Shown here piece after piece: positions 42,781 through 55,559 of a DNA stretch of 64,000 nucleotides. The position numbers were made by a program, and so were the translations under genes. The DNA lies in NCBI RefSeq assembly GCF_009914755.1, contig NC_060926.1, one strand, 5' to 3'. The stretch's first letter is position 1. Every line of letters starts with the position of its first letter. This stretch comes from the human T2T-CHM13v2.0 reference genome, Homo sapiens. The notes under the pieces were generated by a model. The model was not told the origin of the DNA. It worked only from the letters and a program-made list of their open reading frames with translations, and did no database searches.

Positions 42781-45474
42781 AAAACACAGTTGGAAAAAAA
42801 TTTCCCCAAGATATTGAAGAATATTTTATATTCAATGCTTCATAAAGAAAAGAGAACAAAATCAATACTGCAGAAAACCAGAGGAAAAAGAAAAACAAAT
42901 GAAATAGCACAAATAGTTTTTAAAAAGGTAGACAAAGAAATAAGAGCAAAGAGTGAGAAGATGCCAGTTATGAAAATAATAATGGAGGTTCAGAAGCATA
43001 ATTGGTATGCTTCATGAAGAAAATAGGACAAAAAAAGAAATAAAAATATTCAAACATATAATAGAACAGAAATTTTGTGAAATTTTAAAAAGAAGCATGG
43101 GTTTTCAGATATAAAGGGCAAACTGTATCCCGAAGATAATTTCTGTTGAAGCCCACATCCAAAGAACATAGGGGAATACCTATTGATCATGCAAGACCCA
43201 GTCTCTGAAATAGATGTGTAAGGGAGGGCACCACCTTGACACAGTCTCCAATGTAAAATGTTAAGAAAAGATACTTAGAGGATTTTGTAGGCTAGGGTAC
43301 ATCCTAAGATTATTTTAGGGCATAAGATCGTAAGCAAGATCTGAATAGGGAGTGAACAAAATTCATGAACTAGGCCGGACTAGTTGCTGGACTGTCAGCT
43401 GTCCAATCTCCAGAACACGTTGAGTGTGGCATTATTACTGCTAGTTCAGTTTGAGGTCTTCTCTTGCAGCCTGTGAGTCTGAGTGAGATTATAATAAAAC
43501 CACTGAAGCTTAGTTTGTGTTGCATATCAACATTTGGTTCATTGAATCTGTCTTGAACATCACAGTGTTTTCCATTTCATTTATCTTTATAAAGGAAAAA
43601 GATCCACATTAGGATACAAACTAATGACTTTTTCTTATTCAAATATTTTATTAAGGAAAGGAGCTTGAATGCATCTGTAAAGAAGAAATATGTCACCTAC
43701 AAAGTGGGAAAAGGTACAATAATCTTGGAATATTAGATGCCAATATAAGTGGAGCAGTGTGTAATTATTTGGAAAGAGAATAAAAGTATAATTCAATAAC
43801 TTCTATGCCCAGTCAAGTTATCATTCATGAGATTAAGTTCGCGAGCCAAGACAACAAAAAGACATTTTAAATATACAACCATTTATGAATTATACAACTC
43901 AAGCATGCTTCCTAAAAGTGGTTGTGTCTTATATTCCAAACAATTGAAAAATAAACAAAAATAAAGAACTCGTATAGGGAAGTTATGAAATGATAGGAGA
44001 AGAAACACCTGTTTTGCAAGACAGAGACAGAGAGAAACAGAGAACTCCTAATGTTCTTTGTTGAGGCCAGAAAGGACTAACAGGAGCTACTTAAGCAATT
44101 AACATTCACTTATTGAAAGACAACTAGAACCTGTTCTAGGAACACAGGATGAAAAAAAATAATCTTCCTGAAAAGTTCATTTAGTCCCCTAAAGTCATAG
44201 TATCTGATTATGAAATTATAACATTCAATTCATGAAACATCTCCCCGGTGGCAAATGACTGTTTTTACATCTTGTAGTAAACAGACAAAAGCAATGAAAT
44301 TTGATGTCCTCAGACACCCTGCTGGCTTTACGCTTATGTAAAGTCCGCATTTGTGTTCTCTGGCAGCTGTATTTCTTGCTTGAAAGACATGGCTCCTGTC
44401 GGCTTGACTTAGTTTCTTCCATCTCTCCTTGAAGTGTGAGTGGTACAAACCAGTGAAAAAGGGGACATACTAGAAAGTTCTCAAGTGTGAAATTGAACCC
44501 TTAGCCAAACACTAAAAATACTCTTTGTGGCTCAGCAAAAGTTCCATTATCTTTTGTTTATTTCTGGGTGCCACAGTTCTTCTTGATTATATCTAGCCCC
44601 AGCTGTGGAAGTAATAGAAATGTCTTGTGAATCAATTAGTACATGGGGAAGCTGTTGAACTATAAAAAAAAGTTATAAGCACCTGAGCTTGAGAATGTTT
44701 ATCTCATATGTACCTTAAATTATAGAAATTCAACCATCCTTATTGCAGATAGCTTGATTCCTAAGAACTTTTAAAAGTTAGGCATCAGAACAAATGAACT
44801 GAGACTCTGTTATTATTTTGTTCTTCGCAAAACTAATTTTCCATGGAATGGCATAAGAAAAGCAGTTGAAAGGGGCTCTTTTTTATTTAGAAAAACCTTG
44901 TTGGTGCATTTGTGCAATCAGTTTTTAATCCATTCCATCCAGTACTATTTCTCTCTTTGTAATCGCTGATCTTTAATATTGAAAACTATGATCATTATTT
45001 TTAATATGGTCTTTCTAAGGTGGAATAAATTATACAGGCAAATCATCTGAGAAAGTACCTAGCACAGCTCTTGACACATGGTTTATTGGTTTATTTTTAA
45101 AAATTTTGTTCAACTTAACATATTTTTGAGCAATATTGTGTCTCACATAGCTACTGTTCCTCTTTACTATAGATTGCTCAACACCAACAACTTACAACCT
45201 CAATAAAAATAGAGTACTTCACATATCAAAAAAAGGAAGTTCCACTTTAGGGCAACTTACAGTTGGACAATGAAAGCTTAACTCTTTTTCAAGCAGTCAT
45301 AATTTTTGTAAGCATTGATGTATAATAGAAATGTTAATATATATAAAAAATGAAACCTCAGCTGGTAGAAATGAAGAATATAAATTAGTTATGATTGATA
45401 ATGTTCATCTGCTTTTTCTGAGATATGATCCATTCTCCCATATGCCATATGACCCTATTATAGGATACCAGGTA

Positions 45475-45502
45475 TACACACATACACACACACACACACA
45501 CA
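45475..45502. repeat. (CA)n microsatellite, interrupted
   Basis: ACACACATACACACACACACACACA. Confidence 0.9.
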
Positions 45503-46164
45503 ACTATGTAAACGATATAAACAACTGTTTGCTCAGGGTGATATACAATACCCAGCACACTGTTGGCCTTCATAAATATTAACCAATAATAATTCACATG
45601 TCGCCTCACTTAAAAAGTAAATACTACCTCATTTTAAAAGATCTTAGTTTTCATCTGTGTTTGGGACCATATCCTGAATGTGTAGTGCTATATTTTAATG
45701 ATTTACTTTATGGTGTCAGTTTAATAAATGAGTTAATTGTCTAGACTTCCAGTGTCACATCAGAGCAGTGGTGAAAAAGCAAGCTTTCCTATTCAGCAGT
45801 CAGTGTAACAAGGGAAATTATACAGGTAGGAATACCAGGAGAGCAGCATGTTACACTGCTCCAGAAAATAAGTTTGCTGCTTCTTATTTTTCTCCTGATG
45901 TTGACCCCTACTCTTGGAAAATGTGTAAAGTGTAGATAGACCTGACCTCCTTCCTTCCCTCGCTCCATGGTATCCAGCTTGAAAAAACAAAAATTAAAAA
46001 TGTGATCTCATTCTAATCAAAGAGATTATCGTGCTACATTTCAAATGGCTTTACATCAGCCTTCAGTAGCCATAGGCTGCTCAGGCATTTATCACAGGTG
46101 TTTCGAACTGTTTTTTTTTTTTCCTTTTATTGTAAGAACACATTCATACTGGTGACACATCCCC

Positions 46165-46670
46165 ATGTGCAATTCTTGGTGTGTTAGTTTACCTCATACT
46201 TGCCCTCTCTCAAAGATACGTACTGTAATCCAAGTGAGTGATCAACTCAGTACTCCACTGCTCCCTGCTGAAGCTGGGGACTTATTTCCCCGAACTCCCT
46301 TTATTGTCTGGTTCTGGGCTAGTTTGCCAAAAAGAGACACTCAAGGAAGATAAGGAAGGCAAGGAGGAAGCCATTATCCTTGGGAGATCGCCAGACGCGG
46401 CAGCCTTGGAGACTACTCCACCAGCTCCCACTGTGCAGGCCAAGAAGTGTCCAGACACAACAAGGTCTTAGGTTTCACCACAAGCTCAGTTTTCCCAGCC
46501 ATTGCAGTGTTTTGAACTGAAATCATTGACGATTGCTTCTTGAAACCGGTGTCGACAGAACATCCAGCTCCTGCCATATTTGTACAAACTTTAATTTCTC
46601 TATTGAATCTTTTATTCCTAGAATAGTTTCAGGGGCTATTTTCCTGACTGAACTCAGACTGACCAAATCC
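46165..46670 (+). mobile_element. Old ERVL-type LTR (LTR33/41-like)
   Basis: CTGGTTCTGGGCTAGTTTGCCAA... and a terminal TTTTCCTGACTGAACTCAGACTGA motif. Confidence 0.4.
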
Positions 46671-47254
46671 AGAGAGATTGGTATTATAGGTATATCTTGT
46701 CTCTGCTCTGATTTATGGAAAAAAGTACATTATTCACAAACTGTAGCATTTCACTGTTAATAATAATACTTAAGTTACATTGCATGAATGAATATGAAAA
46801 AGTTATGTATTGTGACACTGGTTAAGAAACCCTTGCTGTGTTATTATTATTGTTATTAGTACTGCTCTGCTATTGCTACTTAAATTCCCTGTAGTAAAAC
46901 AATAGCATGGATATATGCGTTATTGTTCACTTAAGCAATAATTACTCATATATGGGTAATTATGCATGAGTATTATGTATATCAATATTTAATAATAATA
47001 TTTAATAAAAATATTTAATGATCAAACTTCAACACAAATACAAAATTACATGCCGGGGGGACACACAACACACTCCTTAGTTCTCCGCTTATTTATGGTA
47101 GCATTTTGTGAATCCTGAAGTCCTGCACAGTGACCCACTTTCTCTCTCGTCTAGCCAGTTAAAAAATTCCCTTCTTCACCCCCACCCTACTCATTACTTT
47201 GTATTAATTGTTCTGCTTTTGTCAGAAATTTCCTGGATAAAAAATGATTGTTGA

Positions 47255-47640
47255 TTCTCTACCAAGCAGTGGAACAAATATGGGCTTTGAGTGAAAAAAA
47301 CCTGTGATTGAATTCACCTTTTACTAGAAACTAAATACAAGGTGCACTACTTAAACTCTCTGGCCCTCAATATGCGCACATATAAAATGAGAGAGATAAT
47401 TCCACGCACGAAAGTATATGACAAAGATCAAGTAACGTAAAGGCTTAGCAATGTTTCTACCACATCATAGGGCTTCAACAAGTGTTAATTTACTGGGCAA
47501 GCCTGGACCGCTCTAAACTTCAGTTTCCTCAGCTGTGAAAGGAGGCATTAATTATTCTAACTCATGAAGATGTTATGAGATGAAATGAGGTTACACTTAG
47601 CACAGAGCCTGAAATAGAAGTTAGTTGATGGTTAATCAAC
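47255..47640 (+). mobile_element. Two adjacent MIR remnants
   Basis: ACTTAAACTCTCTGGCCCTCA...TAAAATGAG and CTTCAGTTTCCTCAGCTGTGAAAGGAGG...CACTTAGCACAGAGCCTG. Confidence 0.7.
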
Positions 47641-47899
47641 CTGCTGCTGTTGTTGTTAATCCCTGACAAGGGATATGCTTTGGGAGTTTCTCAAGACAAC
47701 TCTCTCTCTCTCTTTTAACCAATCTCAAGTTTATTCAATAAATATTCAATGCCTTTCTAAAAATTGCATTGAATATCCAGAAAGTCTTCCCTGGTCCTGA
47801 CTCTGGAGTCACCCTTGCTACTCTGCTAAGGGCTTAGTGTACATATTGTTGACTTTTTAATTCCAGCTCTGTTAAGGCTTTTTTAATTCACTAAACATC

Positions 47900-48269
47900 T
47901 GTGATCATGACTTTTATGTGTCCAGTTGGCTGTTTATTCAGTCAAACACTAATTTAGTTATTGTTGTGAAGGTATTTCTTTAGAGGTGATTAATATCTAC
48001 AGTAAATTGACTTTAAGTATAGGAAATTATATTTGATAATCTGAGTCAGCCTCATTCAATCCATTGAAAGACCTTAATAAGAGCAAAACTGAGGCTTTCC
48101 AGAGAAAGAAGTAATCCCACCTATGAACTGCAGTGTCAGCTCCTGCCTGACAGTTTCCAGCCCACTGGCCTTCAGATAATAGACTTGCCTAGCCAGTTTC
48201 TGGCAATAAATCTCTTCATATAACCCTGCTTCTACTTGGGTTTTCTTGTAGAACTCTGAACTAAATACA
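47900..48269 (+). mobile_element. ERVL solo LTR (MLT2D-like)
   Basis: TTTTATGTGTCCAGTTGGCT...GTCAAACACTAAT...GTGAAGGTATTT...TTGACTTTAAGTA...CCTCATTCAATCCATTGAAAGACCTT. Confidence 0.85.
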
Positions 48270-49195
48270 ACATCCTAATGCCCATATTAATATAATTTGC
48301 CTTCCATCTCACTAACTGCAATCTATAGGAATACATAAATAGTTTTGTCTATTATGACTTTGGTGAGTAGCCTTGAATAATGTGTATCTCAAGACTAATA
48401 AAATCATGAAGACTGAGTAAATCGTTGTGATCTTTTCTTTTACCAATAAATTTGGCTTGTTTCACAAAATGTCACTTGAATTGGTCCTATTTCTCTTCCT
48501 ATGCTCTAATCCCACTACCCCTATTCTAGGCTAAGAAAAAAAATAGATGATTTTAAATGAGTTTAAATTGTGAGTTATTAGATGCTTAAGAAAATATGTG
48601 CTGTCATATTCACAAATATAAGCAATAAAATCAAGTGTTGTTCACAAAAGAAACCAAATTATGGGTGTTCAGATAAGAAGGAAAAGGATCAAGAAAGCTA
48701 CTGACATAGATTTAAAACAAACTTTCATCTCTTGAATATGTAGAACATTTTATGAAGCTACTTATAGTCATTATTATAAAAACAGTAGGTAATTTATAAA
48801 ACCACATATTCTGAAAAATTTAAAGATAGGGATAAAATCCAGTAGTACAATATTTTTCTTTTATTTGTCTCAAAACTCCTCACTTCATGCCTATGCTGCT
48901 ATAGCACTAACAAGATTGCTATTATTTAATGAGGTTAAATGTTTACATAACTAATATTTGTGTTTTATTCTCTTAGGAACAATTATTATTGAGTGCCTAC
49001 CTGATACATTCTAGGAAGTACGAGTTCTCTAATCTTAGAATTCTTATTAATAACGACCCTATAGCTATAAAGAACAAGGATCTACAGGTTTTAAGGTAGT
49101 TTGTTTTATTTTGTTTTGCCATTTGTCTTCACATGTCTGACTCTGACATCCTCCTTTTCTTCCTACATCTCATTTCTGTTTATATCCATCCTTAG

Positions 49196-49198
<3 letters not shown>

Positions 49199-49234
<36 letters not shown>
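49199..49234. repeat. (CT)n microsatellite
   Basis: About 18 perfect CT units. Confidence 0.98.
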
Positions 49235-49236
<2 letters not shown>

Positions 49237-49589
49237 TATCTACTGTTTATCCCTAAAATCCACATGTTGAAACCGAATCCCCAGTGTGATGGTATTAGGC
49301 AGTCAGGCCTTTGGGAGATGATTATGTCATGAAGACAGAGGCCTCATGAATGAAACTAGCACCCTTCTACGAGAGACCCCAGATTTTTCCCTCACTCCTT
49401 CTACCATGTGAGAACACAGTGATAAGATAGCCATCTATGAACCAGGAAGTAAGTCTTCACCAGTGAATCTGCCAACCCCTAGATCTTGGACTTCCTAGTC
49501 TTCAGAATGGAAAGAAATAAATTTCTGTTGTTTTCAAGCCACCTGGTCTATGGTATTTTTTGTTGTAGATGTCTGAATGGCCTAAGACA
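49234..49589 (+). mobile_element. MaLR solo LTR (MLT1A/A0-like)
   Basis: ATGTTGAAACCGAATCCCCAGTGTGATGGTATTAGG...CCATCTATGAACCAGGAAG...AAATAAATTTCTGTTG...CTAAGACA. Confidence 0.9.
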
Positions 49590-50989
49590 CTCCACTTTAA
49601 TTTTTTTCTTCTGACTTCAATTTCCTTCTCTTCTTCCTCCTCTTCTTTTTCTATTATTATGTCACTTCCCTTTCAAAATGGTGTCACAAGCATCCTCATC
49701 ATCTTTCTGTAAGCAGATGATCAACCCAGAGTGAAAACTGATTTTATCACAACCAGCATTTCTCTCAGCACTCAGGACCATAACTTGTACATATGCATCT
49801 GTTGTTTCTGCATGGGCATTTGAGTAGGAAGCATTGTTTTCTTTTAGTTCTACCTAGCCTTGAAACACACTTCCTCTTTCAGGAGAATTCCATATTTCCT
49901 TGTCATTAAGTTGTAAGCTCATGAACTTGGTTCACCAACTCGTCACAACTTCAGGGTTTTAGACTCCCGAAGGGATTTGCACACTGAGAGAGTTTAATTC
50001 TCTATTGTGATGAAAAGACACGATAAGATTTACATTTGGCATCCTAAGTAGTCATGCCTGTTGTTTGATTCTGGCTGTGTTCTCTTTATAGAGCTTGGTT
50101 CTCCAGACTTTCCATGAATTCTGTGAGCTATGCAAGATCTTTCTGATGTATTCCTTTTTTGTTCAATGTAACCATTATTGTTTCTGTTGTCTGCAATCAA
50201 GAACCCTGTCTGGCCAGCACATTTCAAAAGTGTTCCATTATTTTGTGTATTGTGTTTTTTCAGCTGAGGGATGTGGGACACGGAGGGTGGGCAAGGACTG
50301 TGTCAGATAGTTGAAAGGCTTCTTTAGCTTTGGATATCCTGACACAGAGAACTATATCACATGGATGCTCAATAAATGGTGACAACTTGATAATTGATTG
50401 AGATTCTATGAACCTTGCCAGTGGTTTCTGCTAAAAGGATGATGGAAAAACATTACTAATACCATTTTGCCAGTGGTTCCCTGAGATATGATGTGCAAGT
50501 TACTCTTTGTCCTTTTGAAGTAGGAAAAAGTCAGTCCTCAACATAGGTGAGAAAGATGTCAAATTAAAAATGAGTGAAAAACCTGTGAAGCACTTATAAT
50601 ACTTTGAAAGAAATTATATAATAATCACAGGTTCTGATGCTGTTAGTCATTCATTAAAAAGTTATAAGAATTATTCTTTCCATCATGAACTTAAGTGCCT
50701 AGGCCATAAAACTTAGAACATACAGAAAAGCATAAAATAGGAATAATTTGTAATTACAGGATTTGGAGTATATGGTTAACATTTTATATAATCACTAAAA
50801 TTTTTCTAAAGGCAACAATATTTCTTTGCTATTCTGATAAAGGTTTAAATGTTGCTTAAGTTCATAGTTTTTATTTATGCAGAAATTTACTTGATGTCTA
50901 AGTATTATTAATCTAGAAGCCAAATTACAACTGTTGGAGATGAGTAGATATTAGTCAACCTTCTTCAGTCGGTGCTTAGTGCTCTTGGA

Positions 50990-51435
50990 AAAGAGAATGG
51001 CAGGAAGACAAAGTTTTTGGATATGGAGGAGTAAGTTTTGTCTTGGAGCATGAACATATTTCGTTGTGGCTGAAGGTCAGTGTAGAGGTGAAGCAATAGG
51101 CAAGTGTTACATCACTAATGGCTATGACATTTGACTTTTATCCTGAAATTAGTGGAGATCCTTAGAAGCATTCAAAGCAACAGAATGAGTTAATCATATC
51201 GTCTTTCCTGAAATCTCATTCATCAGCAATTTGAAAGAAGATTTGGGGATAGAGGGTTGAGCAAGACCATAAGCAAATTACTCCATTATAATCGTCTAGT
51301 AGCAATACTATGACTATAAACAAAAGCAGTGGCAGTGCCGTGGAGAAAGAAAAAGGCTACAGAATCACTGAGTGAAGAAAACAAGAGACCTTGCTGATTA
51401 TTTGGATTTGAAGGTATGGAGTGAGGAAGGCCACC
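50990..51435 (-). mobile_element. L2 fragment
   Basis: TTTGACTTTTATCCTGAA...AAAGCAGTGGCAGTG...CTTGCTGATTATTTGGAT. Confidence 0.6.
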
Positions 51436-51603
51436 TTACTAAAGCCATGTGTTTGGCTACCCTGCCCTTAACTGATGAAGCAAAAGGAAGCTGCATTAAC
51501 ATCCACTCTAAAATTCACTCCCTTAGTCAAATCCCTGTATAATGAGGCTTGGAGGAAAAGGCGAAGGTTAAACTTACACTCTCACCTAACTTGTTCTTTC
51601 CTG

Positions 51604-51824
51604 GTAATTTATAGATTCAATACTATTCCCATCAAACTACCATTGACATCACGGAATTAGAAAAAAAACAATTTAAATTTCATATGGAATCAAAGAAGAC
51701 CCCGTATAGCCAAGACAATCCTAAGCAAAAAGAACCAAGCTGGAAGCATCATGCTACTGGACTTCAAACTATACTACAAGGCTACAGTAACAAAAACAGC
51801 ATGGTACTGGTGCCAAAACAGACA
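51604..51824 (+). mobile_element. Isolated internal L1PA ORF2 fragment without a tail
   Basis: VIYRFNTIPIKLP...ACTTCAAACTATACTACAAGGCTACAGTAAC...CAGCATGGTACTGG; homologous to 33510-33730 of the full-length L1. Confidence 0.93.
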
Positions 51825-53340
51825 AAGAATTGGCAATAAAATTCATTTCAGAGTCTTTTAGTTTTAAGTGGAAATTCAAAAAAAGATAACTAAGAGATGT
51901 GAAAAATTGATTGAATCTTATAAAACAACATATGAGCTAAAATAAAAATTTCATATCACAAAACTATTACTTCCCATAATTTAAGAAGGAAAATTTAAAA
52001 GTCTGATTATTTAATCCCTGGCTAGGTGGAAAAAATGTGAACACACCACACTGACACTGCTTAAAATAGAAAACATATTCAAAATCTGTTTAACCTCAAT
52101 TGAAGGAGATTTCTTTGAAAGTATTTTTAATGCCTTTCAGATTGCTTCATATTATTGAGGGGCTCCATTTCCACTATATATAACTGCCTATTTAAAGTGC
52201 CTTATAGCTTTACATAGGGATTGAGCTATAGTTGAAAATACAAAAAACTCAATAGATATAAAAACTTGGCTTAGGAAGCTATGGTTTGGCTATTTGTGCA
52301 TGCCAAACCTCATGTTGAAATTTGATCTCCAATGTTTAAAGTGGGGCATAGTAGGAGGTATTTGAGTGATGGGTGCGATCCCTCATCAATAAATTAGTGC
52401 CCTCCCTCAAGAGTGAGTTAGTTTCTTACTCTATTCATTCTACAAGAGCTGGTTGTTATAAAAAGCCTGGCGTCTCCTCCCTCTCTCTCTCTCTTGATTC
52501 CTCTCTCACCATGGGATCTCTGCACACACCAGCTCCCCTTCACCTTCCACCGTGAGTGGAAGCAGCCTGAGAACTTCAGATGTAGATGCCCAGACTTGAG
52601 CTTTTCCAGACATTCTAACTGTGAGCCAAATAAACCTTTTTGTAAATTTATAAATTTCCCAGCTTCAAGCATTCTTTTATAGCAACACAAAACATGCTAA
52701 GACATCAAAGGAACTCAAAACGTAGCTTTTCTAACTTTTTCAAGTGAATCTAAATTTTCTCAACTACTGTTAGAGCCACAAATGTACACCACAGCCTTCC
52801 CATAAACTTCTACTTCTTTTTTATTTGCAATTGTAAGTAGTTTTGTAATGTTGTTCTAGATATTCTAAACGTAATTGATTTTAACAAAGAATTGGCAATA
52901 AAGCTCATTTCAGAGTCTTTTAGTTTTAAGTGGAAATTCATAAAAAGAGAACTAAGAGATGTGAAAAATTGATGGAATCTTATAAAACAATATATGAGCT
53001 AAAATAAAAATTTCATATCACAAAACAATTACTTCCAGTAATTTAAGAGGGAAAATTTAAAAGTCTGATCATTTTATTCCTGGCTAGGTGGAAAAAATGT
53101 GAGCACACCACAATGATAGTGTTTAAAATAGAAAACATATTCAACATCTGTTTAACCTCAACTGAAGGAGATTTGTTTGAAAGTATTTTTAATGCCTTTT
53201 AGGTTGCTTCATATTATTGAGGGGGGCTCCATTTCCACTATATACAACTGCCTATTTAAAGTGCCTTATAGCTTTACATAGGGATTGGGCTATAGTTGAA
53301 CATACAAAAAAAAATCAATAGATGTAAAAACTTGGCTTAG
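51822..53340 (+). repeat. Interrupted direct duplication of ~455 bp (51822-52274 and 52884-53340)
   Basis: Both copies run ACAAAGAATTGGCAATAAA...AAAACTTGGCTTAG; about 93% identical by hand count. Confidence 0.97.
52277..52704 (+). mobile_element. MaLR solo LTR (MSTB/MSTC-like)
   Basis: GCTATGGTTTGG...CTCATGTTGAAATTTGATCTCCAATG...GTGAGCCAAATAAACC...CTAAGACA. Confidence 0.9.
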
Positions 53341-53924
53341 TTTTCACTCCATTATAATGGAGCAATGCTAGATGTTTTAGGTTAGTAGAGCAAACTATTT
53401 TTAGAAATTACTGAACCTTAAATAGATTCTAAATGAGCAGAAATAAGATTTGAGAATTTTTTTAAAATGAAAAGAGATTCACATTTACAGCTTTGTTATA
53501 ATGTGAAAGCATTAGAAGAAACTTACACTATCAACTCAGGCAAAGAGCTCGTGTATAGCTATGGTCACCTTTAAGCAAGAGACAGTGGACAAGGCCAGGC
53601 AAGTGGGAGAAATAAAGGTTGGAGCAGAACACCCCAGCAAATTTCTGGTTGCCATATTAAAGAAGGGAAAGACACACATAGCCAGAAATAAAGCTTCTGC
53701 TGTAGCTGCCATGGGCTCAGTTGCCAATCAGGCTGGTCTCAATGAAATGAAATTATGAAATGGCAAAGAAACATTATAGTAACTCTAAATGGCTTTCTTC
53801 CTCCTTTTATCTAGATGTGTCGGGTTAGAGTAGGAATCCAAGCACTGCCACAAAATCAACCTCAGCTGCTACCTAGATAATAATAGACCTTCTACCGTGA
53901 TGATGATGAGGAGGAAGAGGATGA

Positions 53925-54165
53925 TAACAGTGATTATAATGGCAATTAGTGCTCATTGAGGAATTACCATGTGCACGATACCTTGTTTAGCTCTTTTTTG
54001 TATTATTTTAGTTACTCATAATATAATTATTATACAGTACATGTCAATATTTTATAAATGAGGAATTTGAATTTAGAGATAATTACTAAATTGTCTAAGC
54101 TCATATATCCAGAGAAAAGCAGAGTTAGGATTTGAATTTAGGATGAGAAAGCCAAGAAATATCAC
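53925..54165 (-). mobile_element. MIR SINE
   Basis: ATTTTATAAATGAGGAA...AGCAGAGTTAGGATTTGAA. Confidence 0.65.
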
Positions 54166-55042
54166 TGAATCCAAAAGGTGGTACCTATTCTGAAGAATCA
54201 GTACAAATGAGAGGATGAAGAAAACTAAAATTAGGAAAATGTCTAACGTATGTTCTTTAGAAGACACTATGCTTATAAAGTTAAACAAGAAATAAGAATA
54301 ATCTAAAATCTGAAAGGCCTGAATGCAGATTTTAAAAGAATAAAAGCATGGTTTAAAAAAGTACAGTAAATAAAATGCACAATAAAGAAAATTAAATTAG
54401 CAATATAGAACATCAGCTTGAGAATTCTTGCAATATTTGGAAAAAGAAGTAAGATAATGAGAGAAAAGATAAGAGACAATGAACAGATGAGGGAAATGTA
54501 ACATACAAATAATAGAAATTCGAGCAGTAAATAACTGAGTAGATATATTAAAAAAATTTTTTTTCAGAATAAATATTTGTGTTTTGGGGGCAAAGTAACT
54601 ACATATAAGGAAAAGAAATACAGAGATCTGCATTCATATTTTTTAAAGTTATAAATAGGAAAAGATTTCCTACAAAGAAAGAAAAACCAGTGTAGCCTAG
54701 CAGACAGAAAGAGAGTTGGAGTAAAGACCATGAAATAAAACACAGAGGATGAAGGAAATGATTGTGACCCAACAATTCAATTTTACACTGTTAAATTTGC
54801 TGTTATGAACAAGGATAATTAAAAATTATTCTCATATATGGAATGATTTAGACAATGCCACATATGTGACCTTCCTGAAAAAACAACCTCTCAAATAATT
54901 AGTCTTTTAGACTGAGAATTTAATCAAAGTAGAAAATATAGAAACATAGAAAATATAGAAACAGAGAAACAGGGTATTAAAAAGATTATAAGTGAACACA
55001 CAAAACCAGTGGAACATAAAGATTTTTGATAACCATGTATGA

Positions 55043-55559
55043 TGCATTAATTTTCTGTTAAGTAACAAATTTCCACCAACTTAGTAGCTTAAAACAACAC
55101 AAATTTATCGTCTTATAATTTTATAGTTCAGAAATCTGACATGGTCTCACTGGGCTAATATCAAGGTGTCAGCAAGCCTGTATTCTTTTTAGTGGACTCT
55201 AGGGAAGAATTCATTTCCTTGCCTTTTTCAGCTTCCAGAGTCTGTCAACATTCTTTAGCTCATAGTCTCCATCTTCCTTCTTCAAAGCCAGCAGTGTTGC
55301 ATTTATCCGCCCATATTTCCATAATCACATCTCTCTCTAATTCTTCTTTTCTGCTTCCCTCATTTTTGAGGACCCTTCAGTAGGACTGGGCGCATATTCG
55401 TTGGATAATACAGGATAATTTCCCTGTTTCAAGGTCCTTAACTTCATCACATCTAAGAAATTTCTTTTGCCATAGAAGGTAATATAATCACAGGTGCCAG
55501 TAATTAGAACATGTACACCATTGGTGTTGGTGGGAAAGGAGCATTTTATGCTTGTCACA
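55043..55559 (-). mobile_element. MaLR solo LTR (MLT1D-like)
   Basis: AACTTAGTAGCTTAAAACAACACAAATTTAT...CTCTAGGGAAGAATTCATTTCCTTGCCTTTTTCAGCTTCCAGAG...CCTTAACTTCATCACATCT. Confidence 0.9.

Larger units (their letters stand above)
42300..44000 (+). mobile_element. Degenerate HAL1/L1ME ORF1-like remnant (interrupted)
   Basis: A-rich tract with an ORF1 C-terminus-like motif AACTTCTATGCCCAGTCAAGTTATCATTCA; heavily decayed. Confidence 0.4.
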
